The notes beneath the pieces were generated by a model. It searched no databases, had not been told where the DNA came from, and saw only the letters and a program-made list of their open reading frames with translations. This document shows positions 31,239 through 42,876 of a stretch of 64,000 nucleotides of DNA, piece after piece. A program made the position numbers and the translations under genes. The DNA is from an uncultured cyanobacterium. Lineage in GTDB: Bacteria > Cyanobacteriota > Cyanobacteriia > Cyanobacteriales > Nostocaceae. Position 1 is the first letter of the stretch. Each line of letters opens with the position of its first letter. Where the stretch lies: the NCBI GenBank assembly GCA_963706595.1, contig OY970166.1:576001-640000 (forward strand), given 5' to 3'.

Positions 31239-32273
31239 ATGTCAATATCTAAAGCTGCTAGCAGCAATGTTGCTTCCCCAAAAAGCATTGAAGAGCGCTT
31301 GCAGATCCAAGGTTTGGTTCCAGGAACGGAAGTAGTTACATCTAGTGCTGGAACTGATGTGATTCAGGGATTAAGTCAAAAACCCAAAACTCTTCCCACT
31401 CACTACTTTTATGATGATCGTGGATCGGAGCTATTTGAGCAAATCTGTGAATTACCAGAATATTACCTGACACGCACAGAAACGAAAATTTTACAACAGT
31501 ATGCTGGTGAAATTGCCAGAATAACTGGCCCTTGTGAATTGGTGGAACTTGGTAGTGGTAGCTCTACTAAAACTAGAATTATCCTAGATGCTTACCAGCA
31601 GCTAGGCTACCCCATCCTATATGTACCGATTGATGTGAGTGCCGGGATGTTAGAAAGTAGTGCTAGGCAGTTATTGGCAGATTATCCTACTTTACAAGTT
31701 CATGCACTTGCAGGAACTTATGAGTTAGCTTTGGCAAAAATCTTGCCCTCAGAATTACCGAGTCGGATAATTGGTTTTATTGGCAGTAGTTTAGGTAATC
31801 TCACTCCCCAAGAGTGTGATATTTTTCTGTCTCAAATTACCAATGCTCTGGAAGTAGGGGAGTATTTCTTGTTGGGGGTAGATTTACAAAAGCCAAAACA
31901 TATCTTGGAACCTGCTTATGACGATAGCCAAGGGGTGACGGCGGCGTTTAACTTAAATATGTTGGAGCATTTAAATCGGCGATTTGAGGGTAATTTTGAC
32001 ACGACGCAGTTTGAACACTGGTCGTTTTATAACGAAACTGAAAATCAAATTGAGTCGTATTTACGCAGTTTGCGATCGCAATCTGTAGAATTACGCGCTC
32101 TCAATCTGACTGTTAATTTTGATCCGGGGGAAACTATCCACACGGAAATTTCCCGCAAATTTGACCTCAAAATTATTCAAGAGCAACTCACCGCCAGGGG
32201 TTTAGTACCTCTGAATGTGTGGACTGATCCTAATCAGTGGTTTGGTTTGTTGCTCTGTCAACGGCAAGCATAA
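31239..32273 (+). CDS. egtD: L-histidine N-alpha-methyltransferase
   Basis: YFYDDRGSELFEQICELPEYYLTRTE, VELGSGSSTKT, AYDDSQGVTAAFNLN, TEISRKF. Confidence 0.94.
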   Translation: MSISKAASSNVASPKSIEERLQIQGLVPGTEVVTSSAGTDVIQGLSQKPKTLPTHYFYDDRGSELFEQICELPEYYLTRTETKILQQYAGEIARITGPCELVELGSGSSTKTRIILDAYQQLGYPILYVPIDVSAGMLESSARQLLADYPTLQVHALAGTYELALAKILPSELPSRIIGFIGSSLGNLTPQECDIFLSQITNALEVGEYFLLGVDLQKPKHILEPAYDDSQGVTAAFNLNMLEHLNRRFEGNFDTTQFEHWSFYNETENQIESYLRSLRSQSVELRALNLTVNFDPGETIHTEISRKFDLKIIQEQLTARGLVPLNVWTDPNQWFGLLLCQRQA

Positions 32274-32395
32274 AGAGGCAGAGGGGCAGGGGGCAGGGTG
32301 CAGGGGAGAAGAGGAACTGTTGTTAAGTAACCGGAAGTTTAAAGTAATTTTTAACTCCCCCTTGCTCCCTGCTCCCCGCTCCCCTGCCTCTTTTT
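32273..32395. repeat. Inverted heptamer arrays (GGGGCAG / CTCCCTG) around a core shared with ~7636-7722
   Basis: Shared core GTTGTTAAGTAA..GAAGTTTAAAGTAATTT..TAACTCCCCCTTGC. Confidence 0.65.
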
Positions 32396-32487
32396 CTGTA
32401 ACTTTGCCAAACGATACAAAAAAATGTCCCAATTTTTGCCAAGATAATAGTATTATTTTTCCAAAAATTCAATTGGCAATAATCGGC

Positions 32488-33219
32488 ATGAGTGAAAAAC
32501 TAATAGAAAGCAACGGGAAAGGTTTCCTCGTTTTACTTTTGCCAATCTCGTTTTTGATTATTTTCCTGGTTGCTACCTGGAGAATTTTACTGGCAATTCT
32601 GATGTTGGCCATTGGTTTCCAAGTTTGGCAACAATATCAATGGCAACAGTGGTCTGGGAAAGTTAATCCAGTTTTCCATGAAATGATTCGGGAAACTCAA
32701 GGCAAGATTACGCCAATGGATTTGGCAATGAGGGGAAATTTTTCGGGGACAACGGCAAAACGCTATTTGGATAGTAAGGCTAATGAATTCGGTGCCAGTA
32801 TCCAAAATTCACAAGACGGGGGTGAGGTTTATTACTTTATCAATGCCAGTATTCTGGGCGATATCCTTGATAGTAGTGAACCAACTCAAGAGCTTTTAGC
32901 TCAACCAGTGACTAAAACTGCGCGCTCGCTTTTAGCTGCACCAGAACCCCAGTCAGTGGAGTCAGAACCGGAAACTGAAGCACCACCCCCAGAAACCCAT
33001 CAAGAAGTTAAGCGATCGCTCGAACAACAGTTAATTTTTGGTTCTCTGATCCAATCAGAGCTGGCCAAGCGGCTGAATGTTTACTCCAGCACAGTTTACA
33101 AACGCCGCAATGATCCAGAGTTTCCAGAATGGTGTCGTAATAAAGACCCTGATGGTATCGCCTGGACATACTCAGAAAAAACGAAGGAGTTTTTCCCATT
33201 GGAGGAAGAGGAAGGTTAA
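32488..33219 (+). CDS. Conserved hypothetical membrane protein
   Basis: Two N-terminal TM helices and an HTH-like C-terminus (QSELAKRLNVYSST...KDPDGIAW). I chose ATG 32488 because the upstream extension runs through repeats. Confidence 0.8.
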   Translation: MSEKLIESNGKGFLVLLLPISFLIIFLVATWRILLAILMLAIGFQVWQQYQWQQWSGKVNPVFHEMIRETQGKITPMDLAMRGNFSGTTAKRYLDSKANEFGASIQNSQDGGEVYYFINASILGDILDSSEPTQELLAQPVTKTARSLLAAPEPQSVESEPETEAPPPETHQEVKRSLEQQLIFGSLIQSELAKRLNVYSSTVYKRRNDPEFPEWCRNKDPDGIAWTYSEKTKEFFPLEEEEG

Positions 33220-33312
33220 CCAAGAGCAAAGGGAGTTATTTTGTTTCCAACTCTCCCTTGCTCCCTGCTCCCTGCGCCCCTGCCTCTTAACTGCTCCCTG
33301 CTCCCTTGCCTT

Positions 33313-34440
33313 TTATTCGCCTCTACCTACGGCTTCGCTGATGGAATTTAACTGATTTTTTTGCAGTTGTAAAAGCAAACCCTCTAAAATCCGGCGTACC
33401 ATCATCGGTCCTTCGTAAATCCAGCCTGTATAGACTTGAATTAAACTTGCACCAGCCGTGATTTTTTCCCAAGCGTCTTCCGGGGTAAAAATGCCACCAA
33501 CGCCGATAATGGGGATTTGTCCTTGGGTTTGCTGCCAAATAAACCGGATGACTTCAGTGGAGCGATCGCGTACTGGCGCACCGCTAATTCCCCCGGCTTC
33601 ATCCTGGGGTGATGTACCTGTTTGTTTAATTACTTGAGTTTTCAAGCCATCACGGCGGATGGTGGTGTTGGTGGCAATAATTCCGGCTAGTTGGTAAGTT
33701 TTGGCTAAATCAATAATGTCAGCGATCGCCTCCCATTCTAAATCCGGCGCAATCTTCACAAATATTGGCTTTTGTGTATTATTTTCTTGCTGTAATAAAT
33801 CCAAGATAGAACCGAGCATGGCAGCATCTTGGAGCGATCGCAACCCAGGAGTATTGGGAGAAGAGACATTCACTACAAAATAGTCACCCAAATCTTGCAG
33901 TGTGCGAAAACTGTTAAGATAATCTTCTCCAGCTGCCTCCAATGGTGTCACCTTAGATTTACCCAAATTTATCCCTATGGGAATTGGCCAGGCTAACTTT
34001 TGCTTTTCTTGTGCTAACCTTGTAGCCATTGCTGCGGCTCCGCTATTATTAAAACCCATGCGATTGAGAGCAGCGTGATCCAATGGCAAGCGAAATAAAC
34101 GGGGGCGGGGGTTTCCTGGTTGTGCTACAAAGGTGACAGTTCCTAATTCAGCAAAGCCAAAACCCAGACTAGACCAAATATTGGCAGCAAGTCCATCTTT
34201 ATCAAAACCAGCTGCTAATCCTAAAGGATTGGGAAAATTAAGCCCAAACAAATTTTGTTCCAGGCGTGGATCTTTCAGACACAAAGACTGTTGTAGACGT
34301 TGATTTAACCAATAAGCCGAAGGGTTGCTACTCTGTGAGAGCCAGCTTAAACTCCGAATTGTCTGCTGATGTAACCACTCTGGATCTGCTTTGACCAGAT
34401 TAAACAATAGTGGACGAATTGCAACTTGATAAATATCCAT
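33313..34440 (-). CDS. pyrD: Quinone-dependent dihydroorotate dehydrogenase
   Basis: [37 protein letters not shown]. Confidence 0.97.
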   Translation of the reverse strand: MDIYQVAIRPLLFNLVKADPEWLHQQTIRSLSWLSQSSNPSAYWLNQRLQQSLCLKDPRLEQNLFGLNFPNPLGLAAGFDKDGLAANIWSSLGFGFAELGTVTFVAQPGNPRPRLFRLPLDHAALNRMGFNNSGAAAMATRLAQEKQKLAWPIPIGINLGKSKVTPLEAAGEDYLNSFRTLQDLGDYFVVNVSSPNTPGLRSLQDAAMLGSILDLLQQENNTQKPIFVKIAPDLEWEAIADIIDLAKTYQLAGIIATNTTIRRDGLKTQVIKQTGTSPQDEAGGISGAPVRDRSTEVIRFIWQQTQGQIPIIGVGGIFTPEDAWEKITAGASLIQVYTGWIYEGPMMVRRILEGLLLQLQKNQLNSISEAVGRGE

Positions 34441-34544
34441 GTAAATTTACCCAGAATTTACGGTAATCATCCGTAGTTATATTGAGTCAGGATGTTTTTC
34501 TGGGCATCTTAATATATTACAAGCTAAGTTGATCAATAACTCAG

Positions 34545-37416
34545 ATGAGGCAGCCACAAAAATCTTCCCCCGACGAACAACAGATCCTTGCCTTGTGCCG
34601 CGTCCTCCAAAGCTTGAGAGAAGAGGATGATGTTGACGTTCTGATTGCAACTACTATTTCCTATATTCAACAACAGTTTGACTACAGTCTGATTTGGATC
34701 GCTCTTTATGATCGCCACCAGCACACATTATCTGGCAAAGGCGGCGTTACACCTGACCAGGACACGAGTTTTTTACACAAACGGGTGGTTCTGCATCCAG
34801 GCGACATCTTAGAGCAAGTAGTTATTGAACAAGGACCATTAGGTGTAGTAGATTTACGTAACGAAACCCGTGCCAAAACATGGCAAGAAGTCGGCAAAAA
34901 GTTTAACATTCAGGGAACAATTTTTTGGCCAATTCGCCATAAAAAGCGGTTTTTAGGGTTATTATTACTCGGTTCAGAACGTTGGGGTTACTTAATTCCA
35001 GGAGACTCAAAAACACGATTGACCATCGTTTTAGGGCAACTAGCAGCAGTCCTCTATCAAAAAGAGATAGATTTGCAGCAACAGCAAACTAAACGCCCTG
35101 ATGAACCATTATTACAATTACTAGAAAATATCCGCGTCCTCAGTAATCTCGATCAAAGGCTGAAAGCAGTAGTAGAAGCAACTCATCAATTTGTCTCTCC
35201 CAGTCGGACAAATATTTATTGGTTTGACCGACAAGGGCGTTATTTTTGGTGTCGGATGAGCGATCATCTGGTGAATATCGGTCGTGATTATGGTGATCAA
35301 CAACCAGCACCAGGAATGACAGTGCAAGAGTTGAGCGAGTTATATTATGCTTTGTCAGTGAATGAAATTGTCTGGATTGGCGATGCACGTAGTTCTCTCA
35401 AAAGCCACTTTACGGCGAAATTGTTAAAACGCTTGCAGGTGCGATCGCTATTGGCAGCTCCTATTTTATGGCAAAAGGATCTACTAGGTTTTTTGGCGGT
35501 GGAAGATCATCAACCGCGCATTTGGGCGGAGGCAGATAAAAGTTTTGTCCAAGGCGCTGCGGGGCTAATCTCTTTAGTTGCTCCCATTGACAGCATGGAA
35601 AGCACCATCAAACAAATTCAAGATGATACTCAGACTGACTAGCCAAGTTGCCCAAGCTATCTATCACAAGCATGAATTTCACGAAACTCTCCGCGCCTGT
35701 GCAAAAAAAGTTCTGGCTCGACTAGCTGCTACCCGCCTTTTACTATTACAATACGACGCTGACCAAAATAATTATCAAATTATCTACCAAAGTCAACCTC
35801 ATAATCGCCGACCTTTGACATCTGCTTTCCATAATCTCGTAGAAGTAGATAGTTCTTTATTAAACTATGCTACTACCGCCGTCGAGGTAGAGAAATTAGA
35901 CGAAGATTTTCGGTTTTTTAACTGGCGAAATCAACTGGTAGAAAATGGTGTGCGATCGCTGTTAATTTGTAATTGTACTCAGGGTCATAGAGCAAAAGTG
36001 CTGCTGCTGATTGCTCACGAAACCCATCGCACTTGGTCAACCTTGGAAAAAGAACTGCTGTGGGTCGTTAGTCAACAAGTTGGCGTGATTGTCCAGCAAT
36101 GGCAACTCAAAACTGATAATGAGCAACAGCAGAAGGTGTTGCACAGCATTCAGCAATGCCTACGGATTCTGGAACAGAGTGAGCAAAGTCAAACCACTGA
36201 AACCGGGGCAAAGCATCTAGAACGGACTGTACTCGCACAAATAGCATCTGTTCTCGGCTGCCCCTTGGTATTCATGTTATCTTGGTCCTCTGGTCAAACT
36301 TATGCAGAAATTATCGAATCCACTAATAATGAATTTGAAATTGTTGCGAATGCAAAAATAACTGTTAAGTCTGAAGCTCTGATCCAGTGGGCGCTTTCCC
36401 AAAATGGTTACTTGAGTTTAACCGTAGATGATTTACCACTGGAAACCAGAAAATGGTTTAATTTTTCAGGAATTGGTCAAATTTTAATCATCGCATTACG
36501 TACTGCTGCTGCTTATCAACCCACAGGCGTGGTAGTGATAGCAGACAGTATGCAGCGTAAATGGTCCGAGCTAAGTCTTGACGCTACAGAAACACTAGTT
36601 ATTCAATTAGCTTGGTCCCTTCGTCAACAGCAAATAACCCAACTGTTAGAGTCTACTAACCAGGAATTACAACAACTCAATTGGTATAAACATAGTCGGC
36701 TGGAGGAAATTCAAAGAACAACAGCCCTGTTACTGGGACAAATACATGATTTGGGTATTCCCAGTAATGATCTGACGCGGACACGTTACCAGTTACTATT
36801 GCAGCAGTTAGACCAGACCACAGCCTCTATAACTGGATTAATCAAGCTGGAAAAATGGCAGTTACATAAGAGTGGGGAAACTATGCCCATCTCCAGTTTA
36901 CTTAAGCGATCGCTCGAACGAGTAGAAACTTTATTTCAGCAACACAAGTTATGGGTGGGTGTGCATGGTTTGGGACAATCGGGTGCAGAACCGGAAGCAG
37001 TAACTAGTTCTTTATTCCTACCAGGGATTCAGACCCCAACCTATCCCTCCTCAATGGCGATCACTGGTGATATTGTCAAAATTGAATTAGTTCTGCACGA
37101 ATTATTAGTATTTGCCTGTCAGCGTTCTCAACAAGGTGGCAGAATTGATATCTGGTGTCGCCGTTTAGATGAGCAATTACTGGAGTTATCAATTACAGAT
37201 AATGGCATCATTGAAGCCAAGCTACTCGAAGAGCTACATCACAATACACCCAAGGATGTGCTAGCAGTTTCTCTCCTCAAGCAACCTCCAGGCTTACACC
37301 TGCTGATTTGTCAAAACCTCATGCAGGAACTAGGAGGAGAATTGTATATCTATCAATTACCAGATAACCGGGTAGTCAGCCGCTTACTATTGCCATTAGC
37401 TGCCAAAAATTATTAG
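34545..37416 (+). CDS. Multi-GAF sensor protein with a degenerate histidine-kinase-like C-terminus; frameshift at ~35634
   Basis: Two overlapping ORFs join by removing one A (GAT ACT CAG a CTG ACT AGC). Several GAF-like domains; ELSITDNG and PPGLHLLIC. Confidence 0.8.
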
Positions 37417-37502
37417 AAAATTTATCCCCCCTTTGTAGCAAACTCGTATAATAACTCTCCATCGCTCTCAAAATTCACACTCAAATCTGTACAGTATTGA
37501 TC

Positions 37503-37658
37503 ATGGGACGAGTTCGTTCTAAATCCGACCTACCTAGCAAAATCTGTCCGGTATGTCAACGCCCCTTTACTTGGCGAAAGAAATGGCAAGATTGCTGGGA
37601 TGAAGTGAAATACTGCTCAGAACGTTGCCGTCGTCGCCGTTCGGAAACCAAAAATTAA
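37503..37658 (+). CDS. DUF2256 family small Cys-rich protein (missed by the ORF track)
   Basis: KSDLPSKICPVCQRPFTWRKKWQDCWDEVKYCSERCRRRR. Confidence 0.9.
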   Translation: MGRVRSKSDLPSKICPVCQRPFTWRKKWQDCWDEVKYCSERCRRRRSETKN

Positions 37659-37762
37659 AGCGACTGGGGAGACTGGGAAAAAGGTTTCCTAATCACCAAT
37701 ACCCCATTTATAGTTAAACCAACTGAAACAACAGACGCAAATAGCGCAAGGGTTATAAATAG

Positions 37763-38716
37763 ATGAATTTACAGGTGCAACCTAAAGTAATTATTCATGG
37801 AGGAGCTGGTAGTTCTCTCCACGGTAAAGGAGGATTAGAGTCGGTACGCCGATCACTCTATACAGTAGTAGAGGCAGTCTATTCTCTTCTACTGTCAGGC
37901 GCAACTGCATCTGAGGCGGTGTTACTGGGTTGCCAAATGTTAGAAGATGACCCCCGCTTTAATGCTGGTACTGGTTCGGTACTACAATCTGATGGTCAAA
38001 TCCGCATGAGTGCTTCTTTGATGGATGGCACATCAGGGCGTTTTAGTGGTGTAATTAATATTTCGCGGGTGAAAAATCCGATTGAGTTGGTACACTTTTT
38101 GCAAAGTTCGCCAGATCGGGTACTTTCAGATTACGGTGCGGCTGAATTGGCACGGGAGTTACAAGTTCCCGTATTCAATGGTTTAACTGATTTAAGACTA
38201 AATGAATGGATGCAGGAACGCCGGGATAATTTTAAAAGCACTATGGCTGGTGTGGTTGCAGAACCGGAATTAGTAGAAAGCAGTAATGCTGGACGTGGCA
38301 CTATTGGTGTCGTCGTTTTAGATTCATCCGGTGGGTTGGCTGTTGGCACTTCTACTGGTGGTAAAGGCTTTGAGCGCATTGGTAGAGTCAGTGATTCTGC
38401 TATGCCCGCAGGTAATTATGCGACTAGTCATGCGGCAGTTAGCTGTACTGGTATTGGGGAAGATATCATTGATGAATGTTTAGCCGCTAAGATTGTGGTG
38501 CGGGTAACTGATGGTATGTCTCTTCAGGATGCTATGCAGCGCTCGTTTACGGAAGCGAGTAAAAATCAGCGCGATTTGGGTGCGATCGCCATCGAAGCCA
38601 CTGGCGCGATATCATGGGGTAAAACTAGCGAGGTGTTACTTGCTGCCTACCATGATGGAGAAAAAATTGGCGATACTTTGGAATGGAATAATGGAGAATT
38701 AGTTGGCTTTTGTTAA
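37763..38716 (+). CDS. iaaA: Isoaspartyl peptidase / L-asparaginase
   Basis: IIHGGAG, FNAGTGS, GTIGVV autocleavage site, TSTGG, GRVSDS, SCTGIGE. Confidence 0.9.
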   Translation: MNLQVQPKVIIHGGAGSSLHGKGGLESVRRSLYTVVEAVYSLLLSGATASEAVLLGCQMLEDDPRFNAGTGSVLQSDGQIRMSASLMDGTSGRFSGVINISRVKNPIELVHFLQSSPDRVLSDYGAAELARELQVPVFNGLTDLRLNEWMQERRDNFKSTMAGVVAEPELVESSNAGRGTIGVVVLDSSGGLAVGTSTGGKGFERIGRVSDSAMPAGNYATSHAAVSCTGIGEDIIDECLAAKIVVRVTDGMSLQDAMQRSFTEASKNQRDLGAIAIEATGAISWGKTSEVLLAAYHDGEKIGDTLEWNNGELVGFC

Positions 38717-38800
38717 GTGTTTTTTTAACGCATTCGCCGTTAGGCGTTCCCGGAGGGTAGGTTCGCTAAGGTTAACGCAGAGGTTCGCGGAGGGAATTAC

Positions 38801-39223
38801 TCATTTTTGGATTAATTCCAGTGCTTGAGTGAGAATTTCTGGTTTGTTAACTATTGCGGCTAGTTCTTCGGTTTCATAACGTCCTTCTAGTGTTTCAAGC
38901 GCCGCTTTTTTGAGGGCTATTTGATATGCTTGTTGCAGAATATCTATTAATTCTGTCTGATTTAAGTAATTACCACCAGATTTGCGGCGCTTGTTTGTTT
39001 TGTTGATTTCCCGCACTGCATTTTCTATGGAAATCTCCCAAGAGCGAGTGGAACGGTTTTCAGCTTGTTGTTTAATTAAATGGATGAGTAGAATTACGCC
39101 ATAACTATCAATTTTATTGATTTTGTCACTGAGGCTCATTTCTTCTAACTCATCCACTAATAACAAAGCCTCTGGAATTTTACCTTGTTCTAGAAGTTCT
39201 CTGAGTTCTAGTAGTTCTTCCAT
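38801..39223 (-). CDS. DUF29 family protein
   Basis: ELEEMSLSD...LLIHLIK...RSWEISIENA pattern. Confidence 0.8.
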   Translation of the reverse strand: MEELLELRELLEQGKIPEALLLVDELEEMSLSDKINKIDSYGVILLIHLIKQQAENRSTRSWEISIENAVREINKTNKRRKSGGNYLNQTELIDILQQAYQIALKKAALETLEGRYETEELAAIVNKPEILTQALELIQK

Positions 39224-39265
39224 ATTGAATTCAGAATCTTGGCTTTACTTTTTCGTCGTTAATCA

Positions 39266-40630
39266 TTAAGTGGTTTGATTGTCAAGTTTTTTCTTTTGCC
39301 AACCTTTTTTAACGACTTGACGACTACGGGCAATTACTAAAGAATCATTAGGTACATCTTCTGTCACAGTTGAACCTGCGGCTACATAAACATCATCGCC
39401 TAAAGTGACTGGTGCGACTAACACACTATTAGAACCGGTTTTAGTGCGATCGCCTATGTGAGTGGGATGTTTTTTCACGCCGTCGTAGTTAGCAGTAATT
39501 GTACCTGCTCCAATATTTACTTTAGTACCTGTGGTAGTATCACCTAAGTATGATAAATGTGCGGCGTTAGTGCGATCGCCTAACTGAGTATTTTTCAATT
39601 CCACAAAGTTACCCACACGGCAATTAGCACCTACTACCGCATGACCACGTAAATGAGCATAAGGACCAATTTTGCTGCCTGTCTGCACGACGCTATCTGT
39701 AACTACAGAATACTGCACAGTCACATTTTCACCCAATTGGCTATTTTCAATTAAACTCCCAGGACCAATGCAACTCCCGGTTTGAATTGTTGTATTTCCC
39801 CGCAGGTGAGTTTGAGGTTCAATAATCACATCTGGCTGTAATTCTACGGTGTCATCAATGGTAATGCTCTGAGGGTCGATGAGAGTAACACCAGCCGCCA
39901 TCCATTTTTCCTTGACACGTTTTTGGATAATTTCGTAAGCCGTTGCTAGTTGCAGACGATCATTAATCCCCAGAATTTCTTGGTAATCTTCCACATCAAC
40001 AGCCATCACTTTGCCGACTTGAGTCACAGCATCGGTGAGGTAGTATTCTTTCTGGGCATTATTGGCCTGTAAGTGCGGCAAAACCTCAGCTAAATCCGGC
40101 CAATTAAAACAGTAAACCCCAGCGTTAATCCGACGATTTTGTTTTTGAGCCGCATTACAATCCTTCTCTTCCACAATTTGCTGCACAATATTTTCACTAT
40201 CACAAAAAACGCGCCCGTAGCCTTGAGGTTCACTTAGGTGTGAGGTGAGGATGGTGGCGGCGTTACCATTTTCTTCGTGAATTTGTAATAGCTGTTGCAG
40301 AGTTTGGGTGCGTAATAACGGGATATCGCCATTTAACACCAGTAAATCTCCCGTGTAACCCTCAAGGTGAGGTAGTAATTGCTGGATGGCATGACCTGTA
40401 CCCAGCTGTTGAGTCTGTTCGACAAACTCCAAGTTGGGGTACTGCATGGCTGCTTTAACTTGTTGCGCTTGATACCCCACAATCACCATCCGTCGTGAAG
40501 GTGAAAGCGGTTCTACACTGTCGAGAACTCTTTCAACGAGCGATCGCCTACCCAAAGAATGTAAAACTTTGGGTAGGTGTGATTTCATCCTGGTGCCGCG
40601 TCCCGCCGCTAAAATTGCTACAACTACCAT
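39266..40630 (-). CDS. glmU: Bifunctional UDP-GlcNAc pyrophosphorylase / GlcN-1-P acetyltransferase
   Basis: [24 protein letters not shown], hexapeptide repeats, GNFVELK. Confidence 0.97.
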   Translation of the reverse strand: MVVVAILAAGRGTRMKSHLPKVLHSLGRRSLVERVLDSVEPLSPSRRMVIVGYQAQQVKAAMQYPNLEFVEQTQQLGTGHAIQQLLPHLEGYTGDLLVLNGDIPLLRTQTLQQLLQIHEENGNAATILTSHLSEPQGYGRVFCDSENIVQQIVEEKDCNAAQKQNRRINAGVYCFNWPDLAEVLPHLQANNAQKEYYLTDAVTQVGKVMAVDVEDYQEILGINDRLQLATAYEIIQKRVKEKWMAAGVTLIDPQSITIDDTVELQPDVIIEPQTHLRGNTTIQTGSCIGPGSLIENSQLGENVTVQYSVVTDSVVQTGSKIGPYAHLRGHAVVGANCRVGNFVELKNTQLGDRTNAAHLSYLGDTTTGTKVNIGAGTITANYDGVKKHPTHIGDRTKTGSNSVLVAPVTLGDDVYVAAGSTVTEDVPNDSLVIARSRQVVKKGWQKKKLDNQTT

Positions 40631-40836
40631 AATTTAGCTATCAGCTATCAGTGAAGTACGTTTTCGCGCTTTATATCTTAATATATTTAGCTATTGTTTC
40701 TTTTATTCTGTGGAATGGGGAATCCCACACCGTAAACCGACAGGGGTAACTCTGTGGTAGTCAACTCACGTTCAAATCATACCAGTTAATCTAGCCCATA
40801 CCAAAAGCTCCCAAGCAAGGAACATCCACAGGAGAC

Positions 40837-42093
40837 TTAGGGAAAATTATCTTTACCTACCTCATCCCCACTTCTGAAATGAATAAACTCTGTAAACTGC
40901 TGCACTAATTTGGGATTACGCCAACCTAAGTCAGTTTCTTGCTGCATGATAGATATTGCTTCTTCGGAGGTAAACGCTTTTTTATAAGGTCTTTCGCTAG
41001 TTAAAGCATCGTAAATATCAATTATTTGAAATATTTGCGCCAGTAAGGGAATCTCATCCTCTTTTAGTGCATCCGGGTAACCTGATCCATCCCAACGCTC
41101 ATGGTGATGACGAATAATGGGAATTACACCTTGCATACTACGGAGTGGTAAGCAGATTTTTTCCCCAATTAAAACATGTTGCTTCATAATTTCCCAATCT
41201 TCGGGGGTGAGGTGGCCTTTTTTCAGTAGCACCGCATCGGGAATACCCACCTTACCAATATCGTGAAGATAACCACCCCACATTAAATCTCTAATTTTGT
41301 AGCGTGATAGATTCAGGTATTCCCCAAAAGCCTGTCCTAGTTTGACTAACCGTTCGCAGTGATCGCCTGTATTGGGATCACGACTTTCAATAGCCCTGGC
41401 CACAGAAAACAGCACTTTCTCAGCATGGTCTAAGTCTTCATTCAAACGCTTTTGCCGCACCAAAGACTTCACACGTGCTGCTAGTTCTACACGGTCAAAA
41501 GGTTTGCAGAGAAAATCATCCGCCCCGACTTCTATTCCCCGGATGCGCGATCGCCTGTCATTTAAAGCTGTAATAAAAATTATTGGTATGAGCCTAGTCT
41601 GTTCATCTTGCTTGAGCCGCTGACAAACTTCAAACCCATCCATTACTGGCATCATTACATCCAGCAAAATTAAATCTAGTTGTTTCTGTTTTACTAATGC
41701 CAAAGCACTAATACCACTATCAGCCTCAATGACTTTGTACCCTTCCATCGATAAGAGAGCAACAGCAGTCATCCTACTGGCAGTGTTATCATCAACAATT
41801 AAAACTGTTGGTAATTCTGAATCAAAACCGTTCACTAGTTTAGTATCTGTGGTTTGTGGAGTTATAGAAATTAATAAATTGTCACCATAATTAACATCAG
41901 TTTTCATCCCAACAGCAACTACTTGTGTTTGTTCAAGCAAGAAATCATCTTGAGATAAGTCTAAGGTATAACCTGTTAAATTTTGCAGTTCTAATGGATG
42001 ATTGGAATCGATATTATGTACTTTGTTTAAGGGGCTTGACCCTCTAACATTTTTTTCAGTAGAGTCTGTAAACTTGTAACTACATGAAATCAC
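40837..42093 (-). CDS. Response regulator with HD-GYP phosphodiesterase domain
   Basis: Receiver (LDVMMP), LHDIGK, HHERWDGSGYP. Start uncertain. Confidence 0.9.
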   Translation of the reverse strand: MISCSYKFTDSTEKNVRGSSPLNKVHNIDSNHPLELQNLTGYTLDLSQDDFLLEQTQVVAVGMKTDVNYGDNLLISITPQTTDTKLVNGFDSELPTVLIVDDNTASRMTAVALLSMEGYKVIEADSGISALALVKQKQLDLILLDVMMPVMDGFEVCQRLKQDEQTRLIPIIFITALNDRRSRIRGIEVGADDFLCKPFDRVELAARVKSLVRQKRLNEDLDHAEKVLFSVARAIESRDPNTGDHCERLVKLGQAFGEYLNLSRYKIRDLMWGGYLHDIGKVGIPDAVLLKKGHLTPEDWEIMKQHVLIGEKICLPLRSMQGVIPIIRHHHERWDGSGYPDALKEDEIPLLAQIFQIIDIYDALTSERPYKKAFTSEEAISIMQQETDLGWRNPKLVQQFTEFIHFRSGDEVGKDNFP

Positions 42094-42203
42094 AAAAGCA
42101 CCCCACTCTTAAAAAAAATTAACAGTGTCCGACTGCAAAAACAAATTTATGACTTCACCATATTACACTTAAAAATCAGGCAATTTATAGACATTCCTTT
42201 AGG

Positions 42204-42322
42204 CTAGTACCGCAAGGCGTTTGTGAGGAGGGGCATATTGCAATACGCCCGTACAAAAAGCCCATGAAATCAGCTTTTCGTTGATTTCCAATGGTTGTCC
42301 TATTTACGCCGTGTTGTACTAG
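42204..42322. mobile_element. MITE-like element, CTAGTAC family
   Basis: Ends CTAGTACCGCAAGGCGT / ACGCCGTGTTGTACTAG; inverted homologue at 45238-45334. Confidence 0.7.
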
Positions 42323-42620
42323 TTATCTAAACGGTTTCTTAAAAAAAAATTTGTATCTTATTTTAAGATCACAACCGTGTTTCGGTTTTTGCAAATTATT
42401 AAAAACTGCTATTTACATAGCAATATAAATATTTGCTATGTAAATTACTCAACTTTTTATCTCAGAAGAAAAATTGCTCAAATTACGCGTAACTGCAATC
42501 AGATTTTTTACCGACATTGCTTTATATAGAAGCATCAAGAAAATATCATCATCTTTTGAACCAGATTAAAATTCTGTATTTAGAGGTGATTGTTTGGCAT
42601 TATTCAGATCAAAATGTATG

Positions 42621-42797
42621 TAAATCAGTCGGCGTGAAAATTTTAATGTATTTCATTGCTAGTGTAACGTATCGCTAAAGCGAAAGCTCCGCTAACGCGG
42701 GGCTTGGCGTTAACCATAGTGGAACTTGCAATCGCAAAAGTCTTAGGGATTTTACATTCTGTTACATAGTTACGTTTATTTGTGCCGACTTACTTAG
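42621..42797. mobile_element. MITE-like element (AGTCGGC ends) with nested short repeats
   Basis: TAAATCAGTCGGC versus right-end reverse complement TAAGTAAGTCGGC; internal GCTAAAGCGAAAGCTCCGCTAAC hairpin. Confidence 0.5.
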
Positions 42798-42876
42798 CTT
42801 AAAATACAAGGGTGAGATTGAGTAAAGTTTTCTAAATCTGATATTGCACTTTTATTTAGTATATCTTGAGTAATTT

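Noticed and set aside
32215..32487. N-terminal extension of the 334-aa ORF
   Set aside because: It overlaps egtD and runs through heptamer repeats; ATG 32488 is the more plausible start.
40700..40836. GC-richer segment upstream of glmU as tRNA or ribozyme
   Set aside because: No cloverleaf or recognisable motif; left unexplained.
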